From Thermoanaerobaculia bacterium (lineage in GTDB: Bacteria; Acidobacteriota; Thermoanaerobaculia; UBA5066; Gp7-AA6): DNA of 64,000 nucleotides. The notes below the pieces were generated by a model, which had not been told where the DNA came from, made no database searches, and saw nothing but the letters and a program-made list of their open reading frames with translations. Shown piece by piece: positions 54,837 through 63,796 of the stretch (position 1 is the stretch's first letter; every line of letters starts with the position of its first letter). Position numbers and translations under genes: made by a program. The DNA lies in assembly GCA_036493875.1 (NCBI GenBank), contig DASXPB010000039.1, forward strand, positions 25,313 through 89,312, given 5' to 3'.

Positions 54837-54872
54837 CGCGCGACACCGGCAACGGGTCGCGCGTTTTTGTTT
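54837..54872 (+). terminator. Canonical intrinsic terminator
   Basis: CGCGCGAC(a)CCG-gcaa-CGGGTCGCGCG is followed by TTTTTGTTT. Confidence 0.7.
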
Positions 54873-55050
54873 CTAGGCCCCTCCCGCCTCTCCCAACCCT
54901 CACAGCCCTTTTCACTTCGTGGATTCCGACGAGGCGCACGCGCGTGACGGATCGACGCGGAGCGCGCGAATCACCGCGCCAATGGGCCGTTTCGTGATTT
55001 TCGGGCCGGGTCCGGAACCTCGCGAACCCGCGCCATAGAATCCGGCTCTG

Positions 55051-57693
55051 ATGCCGGAAGCCCCGCACAACAAACAGCGCAAGCTGCAATCTCAGGCCCA
55101 GCGCCCGACCCTCTACCTGGTGGACTCGATGTCGAACATCCATCGGGCGTACCACGCGATCCAGCGCCTCTCCACCTCGGCGGGCAAGCCCACCAACGCC
55201 GTCTACGGCTTCGTCACGATGCTCCGCAAGCTGCTGCGTGAGCACGGTCCGGACCTCGTGGCGGCAGCCTGGGACGGCCCCCATCGCACCCAACGCCACG
55301 AGGCATACGCCGAGTACAAGGCCAACCGCAAGCCGATGGCGGACGACCTCGCGTCGCAGATCCCGGACATCCGGGAGCTCCTCGACGCGTACCGGATCCC
55401 GATCCTCGAGCTTCCCGGGTTCGAGGCGGACGACGTCATCGGCACGCTGGCCACGAAGGCCGCGGAGGCCGGTTCCGAGGTCGTCATCGTGACGGCCGAC
55501 AAGGACATGCTGCAGCTGGTCGGTCCGCACATCCGCGTGTTCCATACCGGCAAGGAGATCTTCCTCGACGAGTCCGGCGTCGAGGCCTTCTTCGGGGTGC
55601 GCCCCGGGCAGGTCGCCGACGTCCTGGCGCTCATGGGCGACAGCGTCGACAACATTCCCGGCGTGCCGGGCGTCGGGCAGGTCACGGCCAAGAAGTGGAT
55701 CGCACAGTACGGGAGCCTCCCGCTCCTGCTGGAGCGCGCCGGCGAGATCAAGGGCAAGGTCGGCGAGAGTCTCCGCGAGAACGTGGAGAAGGCGCAGCTC
55801 TCGCGTCGCCTCGTCGAGATCCCGACGGACCTTCCCGTTCCCTTCGACCCCAACGCGCTGCGGCTCTCCGAGCCCGACTTCGCGCGCCTGAAGGAGATCT
55901 TCGTCCGGCTCGAATTCCACTCGCTCGCCGCGGAGATCCAGGGGGAGTCGGCGCGGCCTCCGGAGCTCGTCTCGCGTCGCCTCTCCGCCGGCGAGGCGTT
56001 CGCCCCGGCGCAGGGCCGAATGGGAGTCGCGTTCCTCAAGCGAGGCGACCAGGCCCTCCTCGCGATCGCCGACGAGCACGCGACCCAGATCGCGGAGGAG
56101 CCGTCGGCCGCGATCCTCCGCCGCTGGAAGGACCTCGACCGCGCCGGCGCCCGATTCGCGATGGCCGACGCCAAGCCGATCGAGACGCTTCTCGGCCGGG
56201 AGGGCGCGGCGATCGCCGGCGACCTCTTCGACGTCTGCCTCGCGCAGTACGTGTTGTCTCCCGGCGTCGGCAGCTCGGAGCTCGAGCCGATGGCCTTTCA
56301 GCGTCTGGGCCAGCAGCTCCTGCCCGACAAGGATGCCTCCGTCACCGGCTGCGAGCTGCCCGACGCCTACGAGATCGCCAACGCCGACCGCTGGCTGTCG
56401 GAGCGCGCTTCGTCGGCGCTGGCGCTCGCCGAGCCGCTCGCCGCCGAGCTCGCCGCACGCCCTCAGCTCGAGCGGATCTATCGCGACATCGAGCGTCCGC
56501 TCACCCCGGTGCTCGCCCGCATGGAGCTCGCCGGAGTCGCGATCGACCGTCCGCTCCTCTCCACGATCTCGACGCGCATGGAGAAGACCTTGCGGGAGCT
56601 CGAGCAGAAGATCTGGGCCGAGGCCGGCGAGGAGTTCAACATCAACTCCCCCGTCAAGCTGGGGCAGATCCTGTTCGAGAAGCTCGGTTACCCCGTGCTC
56701 AAGAAGACGGCGAAGACGCGGTCCTCGTCCACCGGCTTCGAGGTCCTGAACGAGCTCGCCGAGCGCGGGCTCCCGATGCCGAAGCTCGTGCTGGAGTTCC
56801 GCGAGATCTCGAAGCTCAAGGGCACGTACGTCGACGCGCTCCCGCTGATCGCCGACGCGGAGGGGCGCGTCCACACCTCGTTCCGCCAGACGGTCGCGGC
56901 CACCGGACGCCTGTCCTCGTCGGATCCGAACCTGCAGAACATCCCGATCCGCACGGAGACGGGCCGCGAGATCCGCAAGGCCTTCGTGGCGCCGCCCGGC
57001 CACGCGCTCGTCGTCGCCGATTACTCCCAGATCGAGCTGCGAATCCTCGCGCACATGTCCGGCGACGAGGCCCTCATCCAGGCGTTCGAAGAGAAGCAGG
57101 ACATCCACCGGGCCACGGCCGCGAAGATCTTCGGCGTCGCGCCGGACCTCGTCAGCCACGAGATGCGCTACGCCTCCAAGCGGATCAACTTCGCGTTGCT
57201 GTATGGCATGGCGGCGTTCACGCTCGGCAAGGAGCTCGGCGTGTCGACCTCCGAGGCCAAGAGCTACGTCGATTCCTACTTCGCCCAGTTCCCGCGCGTC
57301 CGGGCCACGCTCGACGCCATCGTCGAGGAGGCCCGGAAGACGCGCGAGGTGACGACGCTCTTCGGACGCGTCCGGCCGATTCCGGACATCGTGGCCTCGA
57401 ACCCCATGGTTCGAGCCAACGCCGAGAGGATGGCTCTGAACGCGCCGTTCCAGGGCACCGCCGCGGACGTCATCAAGATCGCGATGATCCGCCTCGATGC
57501 CGCGCTGCGGGAGGGCGGGCACGCCGCCCGTCTCGTCCTGCAGGTCCACGACGAGCTCGTCCTCGAGGCTCCATCGGACGAGGTGCAGGTGCTCGAACGG
57601 CTGGTCCGGGACGTGATGGAGGGCGCAGCGCAGCTGAAGGTCCAGCTCTCCGTCGACGTGGGCTCCGGCGAGAACTGGCTCGCGGCAAAGTGA
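55051..57693 (+). CDS. polA: DNA polymerase I
   Basis: 880 aa with a 5'-nuclease N-domain (LVDSMSNIHRAYHA, GIPGVPGVG) and polymerase motifs (DYSQIELRILAH, RRxAKxINFGxxYG-like KRINFALLYG, QVHDELV). Confidence 0.95.
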   Translation: MPEAPHNKQRKLQSQAQRPTLYLVDSMSNIHRAYHAIQRLSTSAGKPTNAVYGFVTMLRKLLREHGPDLVAAAWDGPHRTQRHEAYAEYKANRKPMADDLASQIPDIRELLDAYRIPILELPGFEADDVIGTLATKAAEAGSEVVIVTADKDMLQLVGPHIRVFHTGKEIFLDESGVEAFFGVRPGQVADVLALMGDSVDNIPGVPGVGQVTAKKWIAQYGSLPLLLERAGEIKGKVGESLRENVEKAQLSRRLVEIPTDLPVPFDPNALRLSEPDFARLKEIFVRLEFHSLAAEIQGESARPPELVSRRLSAGEAFAPAQGRMGVAFLKRGDQALLAIADEHATQIAEEPSAAILRRWKDLDRAGARFAMADAKPIETLLGREGAAIAGDLFDVCLAQYVLSPGVGSSELEPMAFQRLGQQLLPDKDASVTGCELPDAYEIANADRWLSERASSALALAEPLAAELAARPQLERIYRDIERPLTPVLARMELAGVAIDRPLLSTISTRMEKTLRELEQKIWAEAGEEFNINSPVKLGQILFEKLGYPVLKKTAKTRSSSTGFEVLNELAERGLPMPKLVLEFREISKLKGTYVDALPLIADAEGRVHTSFRQTVAATGRLSSSDPNLQNIPIRTETGREIRKAFVAPPGHALVVADYSQIELRILAHMSGDEALIQAFEEKQDIHRATAAKIFGVAPDLVSHEMRYASKRINFALLYGMAAFTLGKELGVSTSEAKSYVDSYFAQFPRVRATLDAIVEEARKTREVTTLFGRVRPIPDIVASNPMVRANAERMALNAPFQGTAADVIKIAMIRLDAALREGGHAARLVLQVHDELVLEAPSDEVQVLERLVRDVMEGAAQLKVQLSVDVGSGENWLAAK

Positions 57694-57997
57694 CCGGCGG
57701 CCGCGCTTCGCGCGCCGCCGGTCATCCTGAGGCCGAAGGCCGAAGGATCCCGTGACTGTCGCCCGGGCAGGTCATCCTGAGGCCGAAGCCCGAGAAATCC
57801 CGTGACTGTCATCAGAGCGGTCATGCGGACGGCGACCCCCAGGGGGGTCCCGCGCTCTAGAGCCCGGCCCGTCGATTCCGGGATCCTTCGTCGCTCGGCT
57901 CCTCAGGATGACGGCGTACAGGTTCCCGGGCTCCCTCGCGACGATTTGTCGCGAGCCTCGTACGACGGCGTACAGCCGCCAATCGATTCCGGGATCC
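57694..57997. repeat. Post-stop GC hairpin followed by three copies (two direct, one inverted) of the GTCATCCTGAGG...GAAGGATCCCGTG element, plus partial repeats
   Basis: Hairpin CCGGCGGC...GCCGCCGG at 57694-57721. Copies lie at 57721-57760, 57771-57810 and 57878-57912 (inverted). TCGATTCCGGGATCC and GACGGCGTACAG each occur twice, extending to 57997. Confidence 0.8.
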
Positions 57998-58026
57998 GCC
58001 CTCCGCTATACTTCCCGCGCAACTCC

Positions 58027-59043
58027 ATGAGATTCGCCAATCGAGTCCTCCCTCTGGCGGGTCTGCTCGCCGGATCGATCGCCGCGACGGCGCTCGGACA
58101 GGCTCCCGCTCCCGAGCCGGCGCCGACCTCGCCGGCTCCGGTCGTGACGGCTTCCGCGCCGCCCGCGCCCGTCACGACTCCGGCTCCGGGCTCGGTCGCT
58201 CCCGCTCCGGCCGCTCTCCCAGCGTCCGCGCCCGCGGTGCCCCCGCCGTCCCCGACGCTGGCGCCGGCGATGCGGATCACGGACCCCGCGACCATCTCGA
58301 TCGCCCGGCTCCCGACCGACAATCCGTTCGGGAGCACGGCGCAGGTCCCGGCCGCGCTCCCCACGAAGCTTCCCTTCAACGATTCGGTGGTCTCGAGCAC
58401 GTACTTCGCATCCGTGCGCGTGGACCCGACCGGCAAGGCGGGTCAGGCTCGCCGCGAGCGCGATCCGATTCCGTCGCTCTCGGCCGAGGCTCTGAAGTCT
58501 TTCGCGCGTTGGACCTTCACGCCGGCCCGCCGCGGCGGCCAGGCGGTGGACACGTGGGGCGCCTACAAGATCGAGCTCTCCGTCGAGGTCCGCGCGCCCA
58601 AGATCCTCCAGCAGTCCTTCCTGCCGGTCCTTCCCTCGACCGCGATCCCGACGCCGCTCGCATGGGGAAACGACAACGACTGGCTCGAGTCGCGCAAACC
58701 CGCGCCGGTGTCCGACGGATCGGTGCCCATCGACCAGGTCGATACCGCTCCGATCCCGCAGAAGACTCCGTGGTCCGCCGACTCGTACAAGGGGCCCTTC
58801 ACGATGAAGTTCTGGGTCCACGTCGACAAGTCCGGCCACGTCGACCGTTCGATCCCGCTCGAGGCGAGCGATCCGGTCCTGATCCCGTACTTCCGCAGGT
58901 CGATGAGCGCGATGATCCTGCGCCCCGCGCAGGCCAACGGCGCGCCCGCCGAGAGCTGGAACGAGCTCAACCTGGTCGGGCAGATCTCCTACTCGGTCGA
59001 CATCCGGCAGATCGCGGCCCTGCGCCGGCCGCTCGGGCCCTGA
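58027..59043 (+). CDS. Secreted Pro/Ala-rich protein with TonB-C-like domain(s)
   Basis: Start at ATG 58027 (MRFANRVLPLAGLLAGSIAATALGQ). A Pro/Ala-rich linker precedes segments resembling TonB C-terminal folds (ALKSFARWTFTPARRGGQAVDTW). The family call is tentative. Confidence 0.55.
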   Translation: MRFANRVLPLAGLLAGSIAATALGQAPAPEPAPTSPAPVVTASAPPAPVTTPAPGSVAPAPAALPASAPAVPPPSPTLAPAMRITDPATISIARLPTDNPFGSTAQVPAALPTKLPFNDSVVSSTYFASVRVDPTGKAGQARRERDPIPSLSAEALKSFARWTFTPARRGGQAVDTWGAYKIELSVEVRAPKILQQSFLPVLPSTAIPTPLAWGNDNDWLESRKPAPVSDGSVPIDQVDTAPIPQKTPWSADSYKGPFTMKFWVHVDKSGHVDRSIPLEASDPVLIPYFRRSMSAMILRPAQANGAPAESWNELNLVGQISYSVDIRQIAALRRPLGP

Positions 59044-59094
59044 GGCTTCGAGACTCCCGACTCCAGACCGGCGCAGAGCCCGGCCCGCCTCATC

Positions 59095-61005
59095 TCAGGA
59101 TCGGACGATCTCCCGGCGATCCCCTACGCGACGCGTCACTTTCGCGCCGTCGAGGTGCTCGAGCAGCGGAATCGCGAGCTTGCGGGTCAGCCCGAACAGG
59201 GTCTTGAACTCGCCCACGTCGAGGGAGGTGCCGGCCCGCCCGCGCAGCCGCGACACGACGTCGTCCACCGCGGCGCGCGCCAGGATCCAGCCGCCCGGCA
59301 GCTTCACGAGGTCGCCCTTCTTGACGAGGTAGCCGATCAGCCCTTCGACGATCTTGGAGTGGCGTCCGAGGGCGGTCGCCACCTCCGAGGGAGACGGCGG
59401 ATCCAGTCCCCGCTCGCGGAAGACGGCGACGATTCGCTCGGAGAGCTCGCGCTCCGGCTTCGGGAGTTCCTGGCGGCCCGGCGCGCGCGCCTCCTCGCCG
59501 GCTATTACGAGGACGCCGCGCGCCGCGAGCGCGGTCTCGACCGCCTCCGCCCAGCGCGGATCCGCCGCCGGCAGCAGACGCTGCAGGAGCGTGCTGCGCG
59601 GCACGCCGACCGCGGCCGAATCCGCCGAGAGCAGCTTCTGCAAGAGCCCGCCGGCCCTCGCCGCCAGCGCGGCGAGCGAGGATTCCGCGATGTAGCGGTC
59701 GGGCGAGCGGCGGAGTGCGTGGACGCGGCCCTGCGCGAGCGACGGGGCGAGCGCCGCTCGGACCGCGGAGTGGGAGACTCCGCCGCGCTGCGCGAGGGCC
59801 TCCTCGCCGGCGCCCCGCTCGCGCGCCGCGGCGATCCACAGCTCGAGCCGATCCGCGAGCGTGCCGGACTCCAGGCGATCGAGCGCCGCGATCTCTCCCT
59901 CGCTCAGCCGGCCGCGCGGCGCCGCCGGCAGCGGATCGAGGACGACGCCCCCGCCGATCGTCTGCACGGGAGAGAGCCGCCGGACGATGAATCGGTCGCC
60001 GGGAGCCGCGGCCAGCCGGTCCGCCAGGCGCAGCTGGGCACGCGCGGAGCGTCCCGGCGCGAGCTCTCCGGAGTCCGCCGACTCGAGCAGGCGGACGCGC
60101 GCCCGGGTCTCCGTCGAGTAGTGATGGAGGGAGACGCGGTCGCCGCTCTTGAGCGGCGGAGCCTCGGGCAGCAGGTCGAGCCGCACCAGGAGGCGCGCCG
60201 TCACCGGCAGCGCGCCCGGCGAGGCGAGGACGAGGCCCCGCCGCAGCTCCGGAAGCTCCACCCCGGCAAGGTTCGCGCTGACGCGCTCACCGGCGTGGGC
60301 GACCGGCTCCTCGTGGCCGTGGACCTCGAGGCGCCGCACGCGGACGAGCCGCCTCTCCGGAAGCAGCTCGAGCCTCTGCTCCTTGCTGATCGTCCCCGAC
60401 ACGAGGCTGCCCGTGACGACGGGTCCGAACCCGGGGATCAGGAACGCGCGATCGATCGGAAGCCGCACCGCCCCGCTCTCCCATTGCTCCGCGCGCTCCG
60501 AGCGCGCCAGCTCGACGAGCGTTCGCCGCAGCGCCTCGATGCCCTCGCCGGTCTTCGCCGAGACCGGAACGATCGGGGCGTCCTCCAGGAAGGAGCCCCG
60601 GGTCAGGTCCCGCACGTCCGATCGCGTGACCTCGACGAGCTCGGGCGAGGCGCGGTCGATCTTCGTCACGGCGACGACTCCCCGGGAGAGGCCCAGCATG
60701 CGGACGATCTCGAAGTGCTCGCGCGTCTGCGGCATCACCGATTCGTCCGCGGCCACGACCAGCAGGACGGCACGCGTTCCTCCCGCGCCCGCCAGCATGT
60801 TGCGGACGAACCGCTCGTGGCCGGGCACGTCGACGAAGGAGAGGCGGACGCCGTCCCACTCTGCGTGGGCGAAGCCCAGGTCGATCGTGATGCCGCGGCG
60901 TTTCTCCTCCGGGAGGCGGTCGGCGTCGATGCCCGTCAGCGCCTTGACCAGGGCCGTCTTTCCGTGGTCGATATGGCCGGCGGTGCCGATCAGGAAACGC
61001 TCCAC
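59095..61005 (-). CDS. selB: Selenocysteine-specific translation elongation factor SelB
   Basis: GTPase motifs GTAGHIDHGKTAL, DVPGHERF and TKID, followed by EF-Tu-like domains and a long winged-helix C-terminal extension. 636 aa, GTG start. Confidence 0.9.
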   Translation of the reverse strand: MERFLIGTAGHIDHGKTALVKALTGIDADRLPEEKRRGITIDLGFAHAEWDGVRLSFVDVPGHERFVRNMLAGAGGTRAVLLVVAADESVMPQTREHFEIVRMLGLSRGVVAVTKIDRASPELVEVTRSDVRDLTRGSFLEDAPIVPVSAKTGEGIEALRRTLVELARSERAEQWESGAVRLPIDRAFLIPGFGPVVTGSLVSGTISKEQRLELLPERRLVRVRRLEVHGHEEPVAHAGERVSANLAGVELPELRRGLVLASPGALPVTARLLVRLDLLPEAPPLKSGDRVSLHHYSTETRARVRLLESADSGELAPGRSARAQLRLADRLAAAPGDRFIVRRLSPVQTIGGGVVLDPLPAAPRGRLSEGEIAALDRLESGTLADRLELWIAAARERGAGEEALAQRGGVSHSAVRAALAPSLAQGRVHALRRSPDRYIAESSLAALAARAGGLLQKLLSADSAAVGVPRSTLLQRLLPAADPRWAEAVETALAARGVLVIAGEEARAPGRQELPKPERELSERIVAVFRERGLDPPSPSEVATALGRHSKIVEGLIGYLVKKGDLVKLPGGWILARAAVDDVVSRLRGRAGTSLDVGEFKTLFGLTRKLAIPLLEHLDGAKVTRRVGDRREIVRS

Positions 61006-61027
61006 GCCGAGAGCGTATGGCGTCGGA

Positions 61028-61092
61028 CGTCAAACGTAAAACGGGACTCGCGTCGTCCTTTTCGGTTCACCTCTGCCGTTTTACGTTTGACG
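61028..61092. repeat. Perfect 17-bp inverted repeat CGTCAAACGTAAAACGG / CCGTTTTACGTTTGACG with a 31-nt spacer
   Basis: Arms at 61028-61044 and 61076-61092, in the divergent selB / GatB-YqeY intergenic region. It uses the same heptamer vocabulary as the 50707 element. Confidence 0.85.
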
Positions 61093-61114
61093 CCGCGTGC
61101 GATAGCCTCCGGCC

Positions 61115-61552
61115 GTGCAGCCGCGGATCGAGGAGGACCTCAAGGCCGCCATGAAGAGCGGCGACAAGCGCCGGGTCGGCACCCTCCGGCTTCTCCTCTC
61201 CGCGCTCAAGAACGAGAAGATTCAGGCCCAGCGCGAGCTGACCGGTGAGGAAGTCGAGGCCGTCCTGAGGCGCGCGGTCAAGCAGCGGCGCGATTCGATC
61301 GAGCAGTACGCCCGTGGCGGGCGCCAGGACCTCGTCGATGCGGAGACCGCCGAGCTCGCGATCCTCGAGGAATACCTGCCCAAGGGCCTCTCCGACGGGG
61401 AGATCGAGACCGAGCTCCGCGGCATCATTCAGGAGAAGGGCTTCACTTCGGCGAAGGACGTCGGCCTGGCGATGAAGGAAGTCATGGCGCGCCATCGCGG
61501 CCGGGTGGACGGCAAGAAGGCCCAGGAGATCGCCCGCCGCCTTCTCCCGTGA
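61115..61552 (+). CDS. GatB/YqeY domain protein
   Basis: IEEDLKAAMKSGDKRRVGTLRLLLSALKN...RRDSIEQY...ILEEYLP...GKKAQEIARRLL. Confidence 0.85.
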   Translation: MQPRIEEDLKAAMKSGDKRRVGTLRLLLSALKNEKIQAQRELTGEEVEAVLRRAVKQRRDSIEQYARGGRQDLVDAETAELAILEEYLPKGLSDGEIETELRGIIQEKGFTSAKDVGLAMKEVMARHRGRVDGKKAQEIARRLLP

Positions 61553-62145
61553 GCGGCGAGTCCGGTTCGGCCGGCCCGAGCCCCCGCGAGGAGATCGAGG
61601 TCAAGCTCGCCGCGAAGGACCTGGGAGCTCTGCGCGAGAGCCTCCGGAGTCAGGGCGCGCGGCTCCTCGCGGGCGCACACGAGGAGGTCAACGACCTCTA
61701 CGACTACGACGACGCCTCGCGCAGCCTCTTCGCCGGCGGACGAACGATCCGCCTGCGGGCCGCCGCGGGGAAGTTCATCCTGACCTACAAGGGAAAGGCT
61801 CGCTTCCAGAACGGCGTCAAGACGCGCGAGGAGCGCGAGGTCGAGGTCTCCGACGGCGTCGAGACCGAGGGGATCCTCGCGGGACTCGGCCTCTCGCGGC
61901 GGTTCCGCTACGAGAAGCGGCGCGAGGAGTGGAGCTTCCTGGATTGCGCCGTCGCGCTCGATGAAACGCCGATCGGCGACTTCGTCGAGGTCGAGGGCGA
62001 TCCCGCTTCCATCCGAAAGGTCTTCGTTCGCCTCGGCCTCGACTTCGGCGAGGCCATTCCGTACTCGTACGCCGAGCTCTACCAGCGGCGCCGGAAGGAG
62101 CAGCCGTCGCTGCCCCCCGACATGATCTGGCTGGAGAAGCGCTGA
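61549..62145 (+). CDS. CYTH domain protein (class IV adenylate cyclase / triphosphatase family)
   Basis: The ExExK signature EIEVKL is near the N-terminus, with IRLR, REEREVEV and DFVEVEG beta-strand acidic/basic motifs. GTGA overlap with the upstream gene. Confidence 0.8.
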   Translation: MSGESGSAGPSPREEIEVKLAAKDLGALRESLRSQGARLLAGAHEEVNDLYDYDDASRSLFAGGRTIRLRAAAGKFILTYKGKARFQNGVKTREEREVEVSDGVETEGILAGLGLSRRFRYEKRREEWSFLDCAVALDETPIGDFVEVEGDPASIRKVFVRLGLDFGEAIPYSYAELYQRRRKEQPSLPPDMIWLEKR

Positions 62146-62174
62146 GCGGCCCGACCGCTCTCGAGGGGCGAGGC

Positions 62175-63203
62175 ATGAAGGCGATCCTTCTCTGTGCCGG
62201 CAAGGGCGTGCGCTTCCGCCCCGTCACCGACGCCCTGCCCAAGCCGCTCCTACCGTTTCTGAACGTCCCGCTGGCCCTGGCGCACCTGCGCCGCCTCCAT
62301 CAGGCCGGCATCGGCGAAGTAGCGATTAATCTGCATCACCTCCCGGACCAGATCGAGCGCGACCTGAGCCAGCAGGCGGCGGACCTTCCGAAGCTCGCGT
62401 TTTTCCACGAGCAGCAGATCCTGGGCACCGCCGGCGCGCTCCGCAACGCGGCCGCGTTTCTGGACGGCGGCGACTTCCTCCTCGTCAACGCGGACGCCGC
62501 CATCACGCCCGACTTCGCCGGGCTGATTGCCCGACACCGCGACTCGCGGCGCGCCGCGACGCTCCTCGTCACCGAGAACCGGCACCCGGATCTGTACACG
62601 CCGCTTCAGGCCGAAGGGGACCGCATCACGGGCTTCGGGATCCACGGTCCACGACCGCTCCTCTACACCGGAGTCTCTGTCTTCGCCTCTCGGCTGCTGC
62701 GGCGCATCCCTCCCGGTGAGACGGCCCTTGTCCGGGACCTCTGGCAGCCCCTGCTCGACGAGAGGCGGGAAGAGCTTGGCTTCGTCCGCCATCATGGTCC
62801 GTGCGCCGACCTCGGCCGCCCGAGCGATTTCCTCGGCGCGTCGCTCGAAGCGCTCGCGCGCGGGGGACCGTTTCCCGGGGGGAGCGGGACCTTCGACCGC
62901 GCCTCGCGGATCCTCGCCCTCGCCGAGCCCGGCGGTTTCGACGCCGCCGACTGCGTCCTCGGCAGCGCCCGGATCGGACCGGGGGCCGTGCTCTCGCGTT
63001 CCGTCGTCTGGAACGGAGCCTCGGTCGGGGAGGGCGCCCGCCTGACCGACTGCCTCGTCGCCCGCGGCCGCGTCGCCGCCGGATCCCACTATGCGAAAGC
63101 CCTTCTCTGGTCTCCCGCGGTCGACACCGAGGTCTCCGCCTGGCCGCTGTCCGGGCTCGATCGTCACGATCATCGTGTCCAGCCTCTCTCTCCCCGCCGG
63201 TAG
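62175..63203 (+). CDS. Nucleotidyltransferase (NDP-sugar pyrophosphorylase family) with a C-terminal beta-helix-like region
   Basis: MKAILLCAGKGVRFRPVTDALPKPLLPF, LGTAGAL and VNADA. Confidence 0.8.
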   Translation: MKAILLCAGKGVRFRPVTDALPKPLLPFLNVPLALAHLRRLHQAGIGEVAINLHHLPDQIERDLSQQAADLPKLAFFHEQQILGTAGALRNAAAFLDGGDFLLVNADAAITPDFAGLIARHRDSRRAATLLVTENRHPDLYTPLQAEGDRITGFGIHGPRPLLYTGVSVFASRLLRRIPPGETALVRDLWQPLLDERREELGFVRHHGPCADLGRPSDFLGASLEALARGGPFPGGSGTFDRASRILALAEPGGFDAADCVLGSARIGPGAVLSRSVVWNGASVGEGARLTDCLVARGRVAAGSHYAKALLWSPAVDTEVSAWPLSGLDRHDHRVQPLSPRR

Positions 63204-63796
63204 TACAGAACGCGCACGCGGGCCGTTCCTCCGAAGACGCGCACGACGGCCATCCGGTTGCGGCCGTCCCAAAGGTAGACGGAGCCCGGCGTGCTCTCTC
63301 CGATCCCGGAGAAGGAGCAAATGTCCGAGTTGTTGAAGCGAATCGGATCGTCGATCCGATCGAGATAGCCGCCGGGGTTTCCCGGATCCGGCACGCGGAT
63401 CCCGGTCATGATTCCCGGCAGCACGTCGTTTCGCGACCAGGGAACGTAGACGCCCAGCGCCGGATCGACGCCGCTCGCGATCTCGCTCGACCGCACGCCG
63501 TTGCCGTTTCCGTCGACATAGAGAGTCCACTCGTGCCGCGGGCCGTTCAGTCGAAACTTGAGACCGACGTTTCTGTTGCGGGCGATCGCCGACGAGCGCG
63601 CGCGGTAGAAGGCGACCGTCGTCTCGTGGACCGCCGAGCGGATCGCGACCGACTCCTCGAATCGCGAGAACCCCTCCGTCAGCATGACGGCGATCCACGA
63701 GACCACCATCAGCCAGAAGAGCAGCTCGACGAGCGTGATCCCGGCGGAGGAAGGGAACCCGGGGCCTCGACGGCCCCGGGGGGCGAAATGGGTCAC
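63170..63796 (-). CDS. GspH/FimT family pseudopilin
   Basis: Prepilin-type N-terminus GITLVELLFWLMVVSWIAVML followed by a beta-rich domain. GTG start overlaps the upstream stop (GTGA). The 3' end overlaps the convergent transferase gene by 34 nt. Confidence 0.75.
   Translation of the reverse strand: MTHFAPRGRRGPGFPSSAGITLVELLFWLMVVSWIAVMLTEGFSRFEESVAIRSAVHETTVAFYRARSSAIARNRNVGLKFRLNGPRHEWTLYVDGNGNGVRSSEIASGVDPALGVYVPWSRNDVLPGIMTGIRVPDPGNPGGYLDRIDDPIRFNNSDICSFSGIGESTPGSVYLWDGRNRMAVVRVFGGTARVRVLYYRRGERGWTR

Noticed and set aside
54817-57549. 910-aa minus-strand ORF antisense to polA
   Set aside because: No recognisable domain and a biased composition, while polA on the plus strand is unambiguous.
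62250-63698. 482-aa minus-strand ORF overlapping the nucleotidyltransferase and pseudopilin genes
   Set aside because: Biased composition with no motifs. It conflicts with two ORFs that have clear family signatures.
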